DNA of 64,000 nt from a virus, in IMG/VR virus record IMGVR_UViG_3300000295_000002, positions 19,700-83,699 of that record. One strand, given 5' to 3'. The notes beneath the pieces were generated by a model. It saw only the letters and a program-made list of their open reading frames with translations, searched no databases and was not told the origin of the DNA. Position numbers and translations under genes: made by a program. Positions 15,642 through 24,384 of this stretch are shown piece after piece. How positions within the stretch are numbered: position 1 is the stretch's first letter; every line of letters starts with the position of its first letter.

Positions 15642-17734
15642 TTCTGTTTCTTTATTAATTGATTTACTTTTGTTATTTTACTCATTCTTTTGCTCCGTGG
15701 AGGTGGCAAAGGTAGCGTATGTACTACTTTGCCAACACCACATAAGCAATCGCCTACAGCCGCATTTAACGGCTTATTTGCTGCAATATCCAACCGTATA
15801 TTGTTATGTGGAATATCCAAGCATACCGGAACATATATAGAGATAGACACAACCTTTGCGGTTGATGCCGTTTCTTTGCGTTCTGAGACGTTTTCATTTG
15901 TAGGTGGTGTAATTGTCCGCTCGGTGCATTTCTCGCTCGCTTGATGCTCATTTGGTACATCATTCAAATATGTATGAATCACATCCATTATGGTATTCTC
16001 ATCTGTATATTCAATAACCATACAATGAGAAATCATTTCCTCAAACTCGCTTTTTTCTGCTCCACCATGCCAAAGGGAACTACCATCGGCTCTAATCTCT
16101 GTATATAAGTAATGAGGGTATTTAATCGTATTGTACCCAGCAACTTTATATGCCAACTTGTTTTTGAAGTCGATAAATACCTTTCCTAACCAATCAATCG
16201 GCTCGCTCGGTGTATCATCAGGTACGGCTGCAATCTCTTCTTTGCTTACCAATGATTTCTTCTGCTGCTCCTTAAATAGCTTTTCCGATTTAACGCCATC
16301 CTTAAAGAAGAAAGCGCACCCACGATAGGTGTTACTCTTTGTTCGCTTATCATCGGGCATGAACTCTTTGCAGAATCCAGACAATGTAAACAGTACACCA
16401 CAAAATGATACCTTATTGTCTTCTGCTGCAATAACCTTTGTGCCATCAATAAAGGTTAATTCATCGCCTACATTTACACCGATAGCCGCAAAGCTAAACT
16501 TATTGCTAGGCTTATCCAATGATACTACCTTTGCAGATTTATTCGTTTGTTCAGTTTTCTTCTCTGTAGCGCACTCTTTTTCCTCAGTTGTAACATTATC
16601 CACCTTTGCAGTAATAACGTCTTCTATAGGCTCATTTGTGCGCTCATTTGCACGCTCTTTCAATACGTCAATATCAAATGGTACGTATCTAGTATCTACT
16701 GAATAGCCTCTACCCTCATATACGGCTGGCATAAGCAAATAGATATTACCAACACTATTTGTGGCAACTGCTGTATGAGAAGAAGACATACCGAGATATA
16801 ATGTATCAACACTATCGAAAGCAACAATAGACTTAATCATAAATGATACGACTTCAAATGTATGCTGCAATTTGTTTTCGATAGCCAAATCACGCTTGCA
16901 ATCATCATAAGATAAGGTAATCTTACTTTCTCCAGATAAGCCGTGCAAACTAATAGTATTTGCACCATCTTTCTTTGCAACCTTACAGAATTTCTTTATC
17001 TCATTCCAATCGTTTTTACCAAAGTGCAAAGCGAGTTCATTTGATACCTTTGGGAAAACACTTTTCCAATTTGGGTATCTGCCAATGTAGCCGATATTGG
17101 AAACAATACCATCGAACTCTAATTTGTTGCATTCCTTACCATTCACGCTTTCCTTTGTGGCTGTAACATTATAGATTTCTCCTTTCTTCATTTTCTTGCA
17201 CATCAAAGCAAATTTCTTTGGGTTGATATAGAAGTTTGATAAATCTCCCGAATGTTCCAATACCTTTGCAGGAAAAGAAAGCAATTTCTTTCCATCGCTT
17301 GCAACCAAACAATTGTTAGCTGCATCCAATATGATATAGTTCATAACAGGGCGCAACTCATCATCGGCAACAAATTTGCAAAGCTCGCTCATTCCTTTGC
17401 TTACTTCAAAGGTAGCCTTTCCCAATAATTCGCCCGATTCTTCAAATACAAATTGTTTGGCATTTCTGCCAACACTCGCTAGCTTTTCAAAGACTGAAAC
17501 AAAATAGAAGATATTCTTCAAAGGAAAACTGCAAGTATATGTACCAACACTAACAGTCGTTTTTTCGTCTTCATTTTGCTCATTACTGAAACAAAATTCT
17601 TTATTTACCTTATTAGCTATCTCGCTTGCAGTATATGAGCCGTAATCGGCTACCTTTGCCATTTTCTCCCATACTGCAAAGGCTATCTCATACAACTTGT
17701 TTAAGATAGCCAAATTCATTTCTTTGTCACTCAT
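15575..17734 (-). CDS. large multidomain protein with beta-clamp (DnaN)-like central region
   Basis: ORF 15575..17791, with a likely start at MSDKEMNL (17734). DELRPVMNYIILDAANNCLVASDGKKL and IGRYPNWKSVFP resemble DnaN signatures. Downstream there is a DUF4357-like segment FSFAAIGVNVGDELTF...VSFCGVLFTLSGFC. The C-terminus is Cys/Pro-rich. Confidence 0.65.
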   Translation of the reverse strand: MSDKEMNLAILNKLYEIAFAVWEKMAKVADYGSYTASEIANKVNKEFCFSNEQNEDEKTTVSVGTYTCSFPLKNIFYFVSVFEKLASVGRNAKQFVFEESGELLGKATFEVSKGMSELCKFVADDELRPVMNYIILDAANNCLVASDGKKLLSFPAKVLEHSGDLSNFYINPKKFALMCKKMKKGEIYNVTATKESVNGKECNKLEFDGIVSNIGYIGRYPNWKSVFPKVSNELALHFGKNDWNEIKKFCKVAKKDGANTISLHGLSGESKITLSYDDCKRDLAIENKLQHTFEVVSFMIKSIVAFDSVDTLYLGMSSSHTAVATNSVGNIYLLMPAVYEGRGYSVDTRYVPFDIDVLKERANERTNEPIEDVITAKVDNVTTEEKECATEKKTEQTNKSAKVVSLDKPSNKFSFAAIGVNVGDELTFIDGTKVIAAEDNKVSFCGVLFTLSGFCKEFMPDDKRTKSNTYRGCAFFFKDGVKSEKLFKEQQKKSLVSKEEIAAVPDDTPSEPIDWLGKVFIDFKNKLAYKVAGYNTIKYPHYLYTEIRADGSSLWHGGAEKSEFEEMISHCMVIEYTDENTIMDVIHTYLNDVPNEHQASEKCTERTITPPTNENVSERKETASTAKVVSISIYVPVCLDIPHNNIRLDIAANKPLNAAVGDCLCGVGKVVHTLPLPPPRSKRMSKITKVNQLIKKQKWKRIFVYLADLHSEMANAIDL

Positions 17735-17745
17735 ATTAGTTACTA

Positions 17746-17985
17746 TTAAATATACATATCCAATTCCTTTTCCAATTCTTCTTTGTTGCATTCAGGAAAC
17801 CAACTGCAAATGGTATCAATTGCCCACATATAGGAATTTACTCCATCATCAAACAATATCCAAAACATTTCAGCGTATTTGCTAAAATTACGATTAATAT
17901 TGTGCTCTTTGTACCATTTAATGGTACGTTCATATTCGGCTACCAATTCATTTTTGGTAAGCATTCTAATTTCTTCTGAAGTCAT
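17746..17985 (-). CDS. hypothetical protein
   Basis: 79-aa ORF in the operon. Confidence 0.55.
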   Translation of the reverse strand: MTSEEIRMLTKNELVAEYERTIKWYKEHNINRNFSKYAEMFWILFDDGVNSYMWAIDTICSWFPECNKEELEKELDMYI

Positions 17986-18048
17986 ATATCCAATTATTAA
18001 AAGTTACACATTTAACGGCTCTAAGATTGATATACAATCATTCCCGAT

Positions 18049-18240
18049 TTAATGATGTTGCTTGTACCGTACCAATGTATCAATAACTCGCTTATCATCT
18101 ACAATATTCTTTCCAGAGTGGAGGGTATTATCTGTAATACTCTCGCCAACTTCAAAAAGACTACCTACTGCAATATGGTTATTAATGCAGACTATTTGAT
18201 TCTGTGGCATATTTGCCAAAGTTACAATATACTTTTTCAT
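18049..18240 (-). CDS. hypothetical protein
   Basis: 63-aa ORF preceded by an SD-like AGGAGAAAAGAG. Confidence 0.5.
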   Translation of the reverse strand: MKKYIVTLANMPQNQIVCINNHIAVGSLFEVGESITDNTLHSGKNIVDDKRVIDTLVRYKQHH

Positions 18241-18257
18241 TCTCTTTTCTCCTATCT

Positions 18258-18485
18258 TTAATCGTTGTTAGTTATTTCTATATTCCATCGCCAGCCGTAA
18301 ACTTTCAAAGTCCACACCTTATAATTTTTATATCCTTTTTCTTTTGCCAATTTGTCGGCAAATTCAGATACCTCTTTTTCTGCTGCCAAATATTCCTTTG
18401 CCTTTGGACAATAAAACGTACTAATATCTGATATTTCATACATAAGTAAATCTCCTATCTTTAAATTTGTGCCGTGCCAAATCAT
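18258..18485 (-). CDS. hypothetical protein
   Basis: 75-aa ORF in the operon. Confidence 0.55.
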   Translation of the reverse strand: MIWHGTNLKIGDLLMYEISDISTFYCPKAKEYLAAEKEVSEFADKLAKEKGYKNYKVWTLKVYGWRWNIEITNND

Positions 18486-18521
18486 TACTCACGGCTATAG
18501 TAACTTTTAAGCAATATTTTG

Positions 18522-18570
18522 TGGTGCAAACGGAATCGAACCGTAAACAGATACCGACTATCTTTGCACC
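18522..18570 (-). ncRNA. 49-nt mini tRNA-like element (acceptor stem plus T arm plus one hairpin)
   Basis: Minus strand: GGTGCAA-AGATA-GTCGG-TATCT-GTTT-ACGG-TTCGATT-CCGT-TTGCACC-A. It has a 7-bp acceptor stem, a canonical GGTTCGATTCC T arm and a single 5-bp hairpin in place of the D and anticodon arms. It lies in the 18486-18583 intergenic gap. Confidence 0.4.
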
Positions 18571-18583
18571 TATCCAATATGTT

Positions 18584-18889
18584 TTATGATATTGTCTTTT
18601 TGCCGTAATAACGCAAATTAAGCATTTCCTTTTGGCTAGTAAGTTTGCAGCCACACAATTTATTATTTGTGCTGTAGTCTGCACCAAGCGCACGCAAACG
18701 GCTGCTAGTTGTAACCGTATTAAAACCACCATCGGAAAAATACACCTTGCCACGTACTTTTGCATATATATATGTATCATACAAGCGTACAAATACATTT
18801 GCACCCTTAATAATTACTTCTGTATTGCTTTCTCTGTAGTTAACCTTATTTTTAATAGCGTTAACCATTCTTTGCTCTATCTTTCTCAT
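18584..18889 (-). CDS. hypothetical protein
   Basis: 101-aa ORF, preferred over the overlapping 18436..18804 frame. Confidence 0.55.
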   Translation of the reverse strand: MRKIEQRMVNAIKNKVNYRESNTEVIIKGANVFVRLYDTYIYAKVRGKVYFSDGGFNTVTTSSRLRALGADYSTNNKLCGCKLTSQKEMLNLRYYGKKTIS

Positions 18890-18913
18890 TTTATTTGCGT
18901 TTTAAAAGGTTAT

Positions 18914-19006
18914 TTACTCTTTTACGTATTTGTTCCAATTGCGCCCTACAATAATGCCTAATACGTAAGATATAAGGGCGAAAACGAAAGGTATTGTTAT
19001 ATCCAT
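18914..19006 (-). CDS. small hydrophobic peptide (30 aa)
   Basis: Hand-translated: MDITIPFVFALISYVLGIIVGRNWNKYVKE. Same start context (AATTGGATATATG) as neighbouring genes. Confidence 0.3.
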   Translation of the reverse strand: MDITIPFVFALISYVLGIIVGRNWNKYVKE

Positions 19007-19014
19007 ATATCCAA

Positions 19015-19296
19015 TTAGTTTAAAAGAAAATCGAAGTACTTTGCAGCACGCAATTCATATTCATTTGCCCACATTTGACCGTAAGGCATACCAAGTAAAT
19101 CTATAAATTTACGTGCTTTTGCCTTAAATACAATGTAATCGGCAAACAGGGCTTTAGTCTCCTTTGCTATTTTGTGAAAATTTGGCTTTTCGTCTTCTTG
19201 TTGTGCCGTGGCTGCTAAAACTGATACACGATTTGCAATATCACTCAATTTGCTAGTATAGAAGTCTATCAAAATGTTTATTCTTATCTTTTTCAT
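19015..19296 (-). CDS. hypothetical protein
   Basis: 93-aa ORF in the operon. Confidence 0.55.
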   Translation of the reverse strand: MKKIRINILIDFYTSKLSDIANRVSVLAATAQQEDEKPNFHKIAKETKALFADYIVFKAKARKFIDLLGMPYGQMWANEYELRAAKYFDFLLN

Positions 19297-19352
19297 ATCT
19301 TATATTATTTGTACCTTTGCACCCACATAAGCGAGTGCAAAAGTAATTGTTA

Positions 19353-19661
19353 TTACTTGTTTACTATCTCATCAATTTTGTTTGCCGTATCAATCAAAGA
19401 ATAAGATTGCCCAACAAAACCGCCTCCGTACCAATTGGCACGATAAACGGAAAAGCCCAAATCATTTGCACGCTTTTTGGCAATTGCATACAATTGGTTT
19501 TGGCTTAAATTGTCGTTTCTCATTTCTTCGTCAGTAGCAAAAGCGAGAAAATGAACTACATATCGGGGATTTCCGTTTATATCATTATTCACACGGCAAA
19601 AGCCGATACCATTAACCACTTTATAGCTGTTTCTGTAGCTTTCAATTTCTTTATTTGTCAT
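19353..19661 (-). CDS. hypothetical protein
   Basis: 102-aa ORF in the operon. Confidence 0.6.
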   Translation of the reverse strand: MTNKEIESYRNSYKVVNGIGFCRVNNDINGNPRYVVHFLAFATDEEMRNDNLSQNQLYAIAKKRANDLGFSVYRANWYGGGFVGQSYSLIDTANKIDEIVNK

Positions 19662-19685
19662 ATATAGCCCTCCAATTAGTTTAAA

Positions 19686-20033
19686 TTACTTCTTTTCTCC
19701 TAATTCTCTTTTTGCCAATTCATTTGTAGTTTCCCATTCCACATAGTCCCAACTTGTACCGAAATGGTCTACACAAAGAATATATTTATCCAATAAGTCC
19801 GAATAAGTGAAAAGCAAGCCAAATGTCTTTTCCAGATACTCTACATCGTCATAGGTGCAATCTGTAATAAACCACTGATAAATGTCTTTTTGTGTGCCGT
19901 CTTCTTCATCGAACAGTTCAAAGCGCATATTATCATAAATAGATGGGTCTATCTCTGTAATATTGTTGCAGAGGATAAGCGCATTATTACACCAATTTAC
20001 AGCTACAGAATAATTTGTTTTATAAGTCTTCAT
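19686..20033 (-). CDS. acidic hypothetical protein
   Basis: 115-aa ORF rich in D/E and aromatic residues. Confidence 0.6.
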   Translation of the reverse strand: MKTYKTNYSVAVNWCNNALILCNNITEIDPSIYDNMRFELFDEEDGTQKDIYQWFITDCTYDDVEYLEKTFGLLFTYSDLLDKYILCVDHFGTSWDYVEWETTNELAKRELGEKK

Positions 20034-20086
20034 ACCTAAAATATTTAAAAGTTACTAATTAATTTGCTTATATCTGAAAAAACTAA

Positions 20087-20177
20087 TAACTTTGCAACCG
20101 CTTAGAAGTAATCATAAGTTATTAGTTTTTCTTTTAACTTGATTCGCCCACTACTTTTTTAAGGTAGTGGGTTTTTT
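20087..20177 (+). ncRNA. candidate small RNA (promoter box to intrinsic terminator), antisense to the leftward operon
   Basis: TAACTTTG box at 20087-20094. Hairpin CCCACTAC (20147-20154) / GTAGTGGG (20164-20171) followed by TTTTTT. No ORF. Predicted about 70-75 nt. Confidence 0.35.
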
Positions 20178-20180
20178 GTT

Positions 20181-20423
20181 TTAGATAGTTACCTCTTCAA
20201 TTGTGAATGTAAAATCTAAAATCACACCGTTATATTCTGTATGCTCATATAATGTTGTATCATTAATGCGCACATAACTAACGTTTTCTTTTTTCATTTT
20301 GGTTTCTGCATCATCTAGCAATTTAACCAAATCTTTCTTTAATACCTCAGTCCAGAAAGGCTCTTTTACTACTTTATTCTCAATATAAGAATAATAAGTC
20401 TTGAATAATTTAAATGCTTTCAT
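20181..20423 (-). CDS. hypothetical protein (first gene of the leftward block)
   Basis: 80-aa ORF. Confidence 0.55.
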   Translation of the reverse strand: MKAFKLFKTYYSYIENKVVKEPFWTEVLKKDLVKLLDDAETKMKKENVSYVRINDTTLYEHTEYNGVILDFTFTIEEVTI

Positions 20424-20983
20424 TTTCTTTTGCTTTTTAGTTACTAATTTGTGGCTATCAATTAACCCGCCTAATTGCCAACGGCTGAGGTTTTCGCCTA
20501 CATATAACAGTTACTTATTATTGTATTTGGTTTTCATTTATCATTCAATTTATTTCGGTACTCTAACTTTTCTCTACTCACTTCTGAATGTTTCAACGCT
20601 GGGAATAATAAGTAATAATGTAGCTACCTTCCGTATAATAGCCAAACCATTTTAAATTGTTACTACTGCAATAAGCATGCAGCCGCTTTTCCGTTTTTTA
20701 ACCTTGACGGAAAACAACAAACCTAATAATCGATACACTATATAGCATCATCAACATATCACTCGATACGCTTTGTTAGCCTTTTCCGTATACCTTATAT
20801 TTTGGTATTGTTGTTATCTAATATGTTGTATTACACGTAATACGTTATATGATAAGATAGCAGCGCACAAATATATAAGATAGATTTTATTACGCTAAAT
20901 GTAAATAAGCCAAAGAACACACAATATAGATATAACAGGATTTCTCTGCTTAGAAGTAATCTCATTGTTTCTTGATTGCGATG

Positions 20984-20991
20984 CAAAGGTA
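20984..20991 (-). promoter_or_regulatory. -7 promoter box (TACCTTTG), leftward
   Basis: Reverse complement of caaaggta. Candidate early-left promoter. Confidence 0.4.
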
Positions 20992-21158
20992 CGGCTTTTT
21001 TCTGAATCTGCAAAACTTTTAAGCAAAAAATTACGCCTTTTCTCGCTTTTTTCTTGTAAATAATTGCTTTTTCTTAAATCTTTACACAAATTGTAATCTC
21101 TACTTTACAATATGATAGGTTAAATAGGGGGTATTGTGTATTTATATATGATTAAGCC

Positions 21159-21166
21159 TATCTTTG
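21159..21166 (+). promoter_or_regulatory. -7 promoter box (TATCTTTG), rightward
   Basis: Matches TAnnTTTG. Confidence 0.35.
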
Positions 21167-21324
21167 CACCTTTGCAGCATCAAAAACCACCTTGCAGCCG
21201 TTTTCTTATAATGTAGTGGGCGCGCGTACCTTATATATAGGGAAAACGCCTAAAAGCGTATTATTTGATGTTCGCAGGCTTTTTCTCGCTTACTAGATAG
21301 AAAGTACTTACTTTGTCGTTTGAG

Positions 21325-21332
21325 TATCTTTG
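21325..21332 (+). promoter_or_regulatory. -7 promoter box (TATCTTTG), rightward
   Basis: Matches TAnnTTTG. Confidence 0.35.
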
Positions 21333-22345
21333 CAGCCGTTTTATTTTCCGTTTTCGTTTTCACTCGCTTTTTGTTTCACGAAATTTGTGTGTGAAACATT
21401 ATGCAAGTTTCTGTATTTTTATGCAAGTTTAAGATGTATGTTTATGCAAAATATTATGGTAAATAGAAAACTTTTTGGGAATTTCGAGTTTTCTTGCACA
21501 TTTGCAGAAACGTTCTATCTTTTTACTTTTTGTTTCTTTGCTTTTTCTCTTATTTTGGATAATTTACAGAAAACGAAAACAGAAACGGAAAAGTTGCTTT
21601 TTGGTGTGTTTTTGCCGTAATATGTCCGTTTTTGTCGCAAATAAAGTATTGATTTTTAGAGATTTACGCCTATATAGGGCAAACCACACCCCACCCCCCG
21701 CTTTTGGCACTCGCAGGGTGGGTCAGCTCTCTTCCGAAAATTTTTTATTTTTTTATTTTTATTTTTTTGTAAAATACTATGATTTCGCCAATTCAGCTTT
21801 TCTACCGAATTTTGAGCATTTTTGAGAATATCATATCTACTTTTTCTTTTGCATAAAGTTTCATAGTATCTACTTTTAGCTATTTCTGTGCGTCAGGTAG
21901 CGTTTTATGCAGATTCGCGTTATAGTTTACCACCAGAGTATTTTAAACGTCTTAGAACTCAATTATCGAGCTTTTTACATCAATTTTCATTTTTTTGCGG
22001 AAAAGTAAGGTCGTTTTCGGGTTTAATGTATGTTTTTGCTATTTATAGATTGCAGTTTTCACTAGACTATCATTAGGGGTTGTTTGCGAAGCATTCTTCT
22101 TAGGGGATGAGTATATAGTTTACTATATACAGGGGTTGACATCCCCTACTACGGCTGCGCGCGAGAGTACAATGGTTTATTTACGTGTTATTATTATATG
22201 GGGATTGTGTGAAATGTTAAATTTTCAATATGAAAAATCAGATTTATGCGGATAACATATATTTAATTGGGGATATGGGGAAAATGGTACAAATTTGCAA
22301 TTTGTTAAACTATGTAAAGTTCGTTTTTGGCTTGTTTTTTTGGCG

Positions 22346-22353
22346 TATATTTG
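22346..22353 (+). promoter_or_regulatory. -7 promoter box (TATATTTG), rightward
   Basis: Matches TAnnTTTG, about 40 nt before the ATG at 22394. Confidence 0.45.
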
Positions 22354-22393
22354 CAGCATAAATGTTTGATTTACGAATTACCGACTTTGAAAT

Positions 22394-22948
22394 ATGGCAG
22401 AAAAGAAATTCTACATACAGCGTTACTTGAAGTCCGAGCAGGGAGCTTGGAAGGCAGACGGAGTACGTAAGAGTCTGGAGGATGATTTCGGCGGCGGTTC
22501 TGTCCGCTACAAGTCATTGGACGGATTGAACTCAAAGGGTAAGCAGAAGGGTGTATATACCGAAAGCTATCCTGAGAGTGATGCGTTGAGAGTGTTTGTT
22601 GACCCGAATGCTAGGCATGAGAGCACCAACGCCACGTTGTCAGTCTGCGTGTTCGGGTATGATGTTGATGAAACTACAGAGCTTTCCGTTACTGAGCAGA
22701 TAAAAGCTGCCGAGAAAGCATGGGATAGTCTGTATTCCTACTTGGAGGGTGCGCTTATCCTGTGGTATGACGATTACAGACAGAAGAAAGCGTTGTTTTT
22801 GGTACAGGATGCTACAGAGCCATCAACGGATAACATCAAGAACATTCCGTATCTGCTCTGTTCGGTCAAGTTGGTAAACGTCTTCGGTCAGTCGTTTGAT
22901 GGTGACAGTACCACGATTGAAGATTGGTTGAAGAATGGCGGAAAATAG
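22394..22948 (+). CDS. hypothetical protein (weak resemblance to distal tail proteins)
   Basis: 184-aa ORF, first gene of the rightward block. The function call is uncertain. Confidence 0.6.
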   Translation: MAEKKFYIQRYLKSEQGAWKADGVRKSLEDDFGGGSVRYKSLDGLNSKGKQKGVYTESYPESDALRVFVDPNARHESTNATLSVCVFGYDVDETTELSVTEQIKAAEKAWDSLYSYLEGALILWYDDYRQKKALFLVQDATEPSTDNIKNIPYLLCSVKLVNVFGQSFDGDSTTIEDWLKNGGK

Positions 22949-22956
22949 AAACGACA

Positions 22957-23045
22957 GCATCCGCAAGCCGGTAGGACGTATCTCTTAGATACAAGTCTAG
23001 GCAAACAGAAGGTTCGAGTTCCTTCTACGGTCGGTGGATGCTTTT
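22957..23045 (+). other. structured element with degenerate tRNA-like T arm; may act as a terminator
   Basis: Outer stem GCATCCG (22957-22963) / TGGATGC (23035-23041) followed by TTTT. Inner hairpins GAC-GTATC-TCTTA-GATAC-AA-GTC and GAAGG-TTCGAGTT-CCTTC (8-nt loop). Confidence 0.35.
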
Positions 23046-23061
23046 AAACAGTTGAGAATGT

Positions 23062-24069
23062 ATGCGAATAAAGGAAGAATCACTTGACAGGGCGTTGGAA
23101 GCGGCATCGTTGCAGACGAAGGGATTGCCGAAACGCTACACGGATGGTAAAGACCCATTCTGGATAATGGCTGTTGTGCTTGTTCAGAAGCGCAATTTGG
23201 AGGAATGCTACTGCATTTATCAGCAGAATGCGGACAAATATATGAAGCTTTTGCAAGACTTCGGTACGCCGAGTCCTATCATGTCTATCAAGAGCATTCA
23301 TCCTTATATGTATCTTGACGAGGCTCAGTTTTTGCCGAGCGGATGCATCGAAGCAAAGAAGAACTTTCTGAAAAACGAGCTTGGTGAAGACCCTAGGGCT
23401 TATGAGGTCGATGAAATGACGGAATCGGACGTTAATCACGCGTTATTGGAGATTGCCATTGACAAACAGATGAGAGCTGATGAGGAAAACAAGAAAATCA
23501 ACGTACTCAATGAGGGAAGCGATTTGGACGGAACGAGATTTGAGGACGTTGAACGTCAGAAGTTCGAGTTTGAGTTGGCTGAAATGAGAAAAGATGGATG
23601 CTCTAAGAATGAAATTAAAGAGTTCATTGACGAGTATAATGCCAGTCATAAGCAGAAAGCTGACGATGAGCCATACATTTCAGAGGAAGACCGCATTCAT
23701 CAGAAAATGGAATCAAAGGACGTTGAGAAAACTCCCGAATGCAGTATTGAAGGTGAGTTTGATGCACCTGAGATAGACTACGATAAGCTTCATGAGGAAT
23801 CAGAGGCGTTCAAGAAAGAACAGTTGAAGGTTGCCAAGCGCAAGTGGAAGCGCGCCTATGATGCCGATTCAGAGAAGCGTGAAGGAAGAGAGTTTGAGAA
23901 TGAATTTGGCGAAGACGAGGAATGTGAGACGTTGCAGTTACCGAATAAAGAGGCCGTTCCTGTAAAGCGTAAACCAGGCAGACCAAAGAAATCGTCATTG
24001 GATTACACTGCTAGCAAGCGCGATACGACAAAGAAACGTGGTCGCAAAAAATCATCAACTAAAAAGTAA
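23062..24069 (+). CDS. acidic protein with basic AT-hook-like C-terminus
   Basis: 335 aa. Long D/E-rich middle region. C-terminal KRKPGRPKK and KKRGRKK motifs. Confidence 0.65.
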   Translation: MRIKEESLDRALEAASLQTKGLPKRYTDGKDPFWIMAVVLVQKRNLEECYCIYQQNADKYMKLLQDFGTPSPIMSIKSIHPYMYLDEAQFLPSGCIEAKKNFLKNELGEDPRAYEVDEMTESDVNHALLEIAIDKQMRADEENKKINVLNEGSDLDGTRFEDVERQKFEFELAEMRKDGCSKNEIKEFIDEYNASHKQKADDEPYISEEDRIHQKMESKDVEKTPECSIEGEFDAPEIDYDKLHEESEAFKKEQLKVAKRKWKRAYDADSEKREGREFENEFGEDEECETLQLPNKEAVPVKRKPGRPKKSSLDYTASKRDTTKKRGRKKSSTKK

Positions 24070-24075
24070 CAGATT

Positions 24076-24384
24076 ATGACTAAATCAGAGCTTTTGAATA
24101 ACGTGTTCTTTGAGAATGCAAAAGGTGATTTGCCTATCATATATATAACATCAGATGATGATGTGGTAAAGGTCGGCAGTATCGTCAATGCACCTATGGT
24201 TGGCAGAATTTATTTTAGTGAGGTTAAGAAAACCATTACGAAGGATGAATTGCTTGCCAACAAAGAGTTCATTTGCGCAAGTGATGATTCTGAAATTCTT
24301 ATTGATTTCGGTGGCTACAGACGTGAGACACTTGGTTGCTATGTCACAGTTGACGATAGTTGCATTAATATCATTGAGCTATGA
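24076..24384 (+). CDS. hypothetical protein
   Basis: 102-aa ORF in the operon. Confidence 0.55.
   Translation: MTKSELLNNVFFENAKGDLPIIYITSDDDVVKVGSIVNAPMVGRIYFSEVKKTITKDELLANKEFICASDDSEILIDFGGYRRETLGCYVTVDDSCINIIEL

Larger units (their letters stand above)
20424..22393. promoter_or_regulatory. ~2 kb ORF-poor control region (divergent early promoters; possible origin)
   Basis: Several TAnnTTTG boxes on both strands, TTATGCAAG iterons, recurrent TTTTCCG/CGGAAAA boxes, nested palindromes and a T-tract block at 21740-21770. Only short low-complexity ORFs. Confidence 0.45.

Noticed and set aside
20401-22076. Short ORFs in the control region (20401..20655, 20831..21089, 21330..21825, 21888..22076)
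   Set aside because: They have low-complexity Phe/Leu/Ser/Cys-rich translations, overlap each other, and are full of promoter boxes and repeats.
22957-23045. A bona fide plus-strand tRNA between 22948 and 23062
   Set aside because: The T loop has 8 nt (TTCGAGTT). No D arm can be drawn. The acceptor pairing needs a bulge or mismatches. It is kept only as a structured, terminator-like element.
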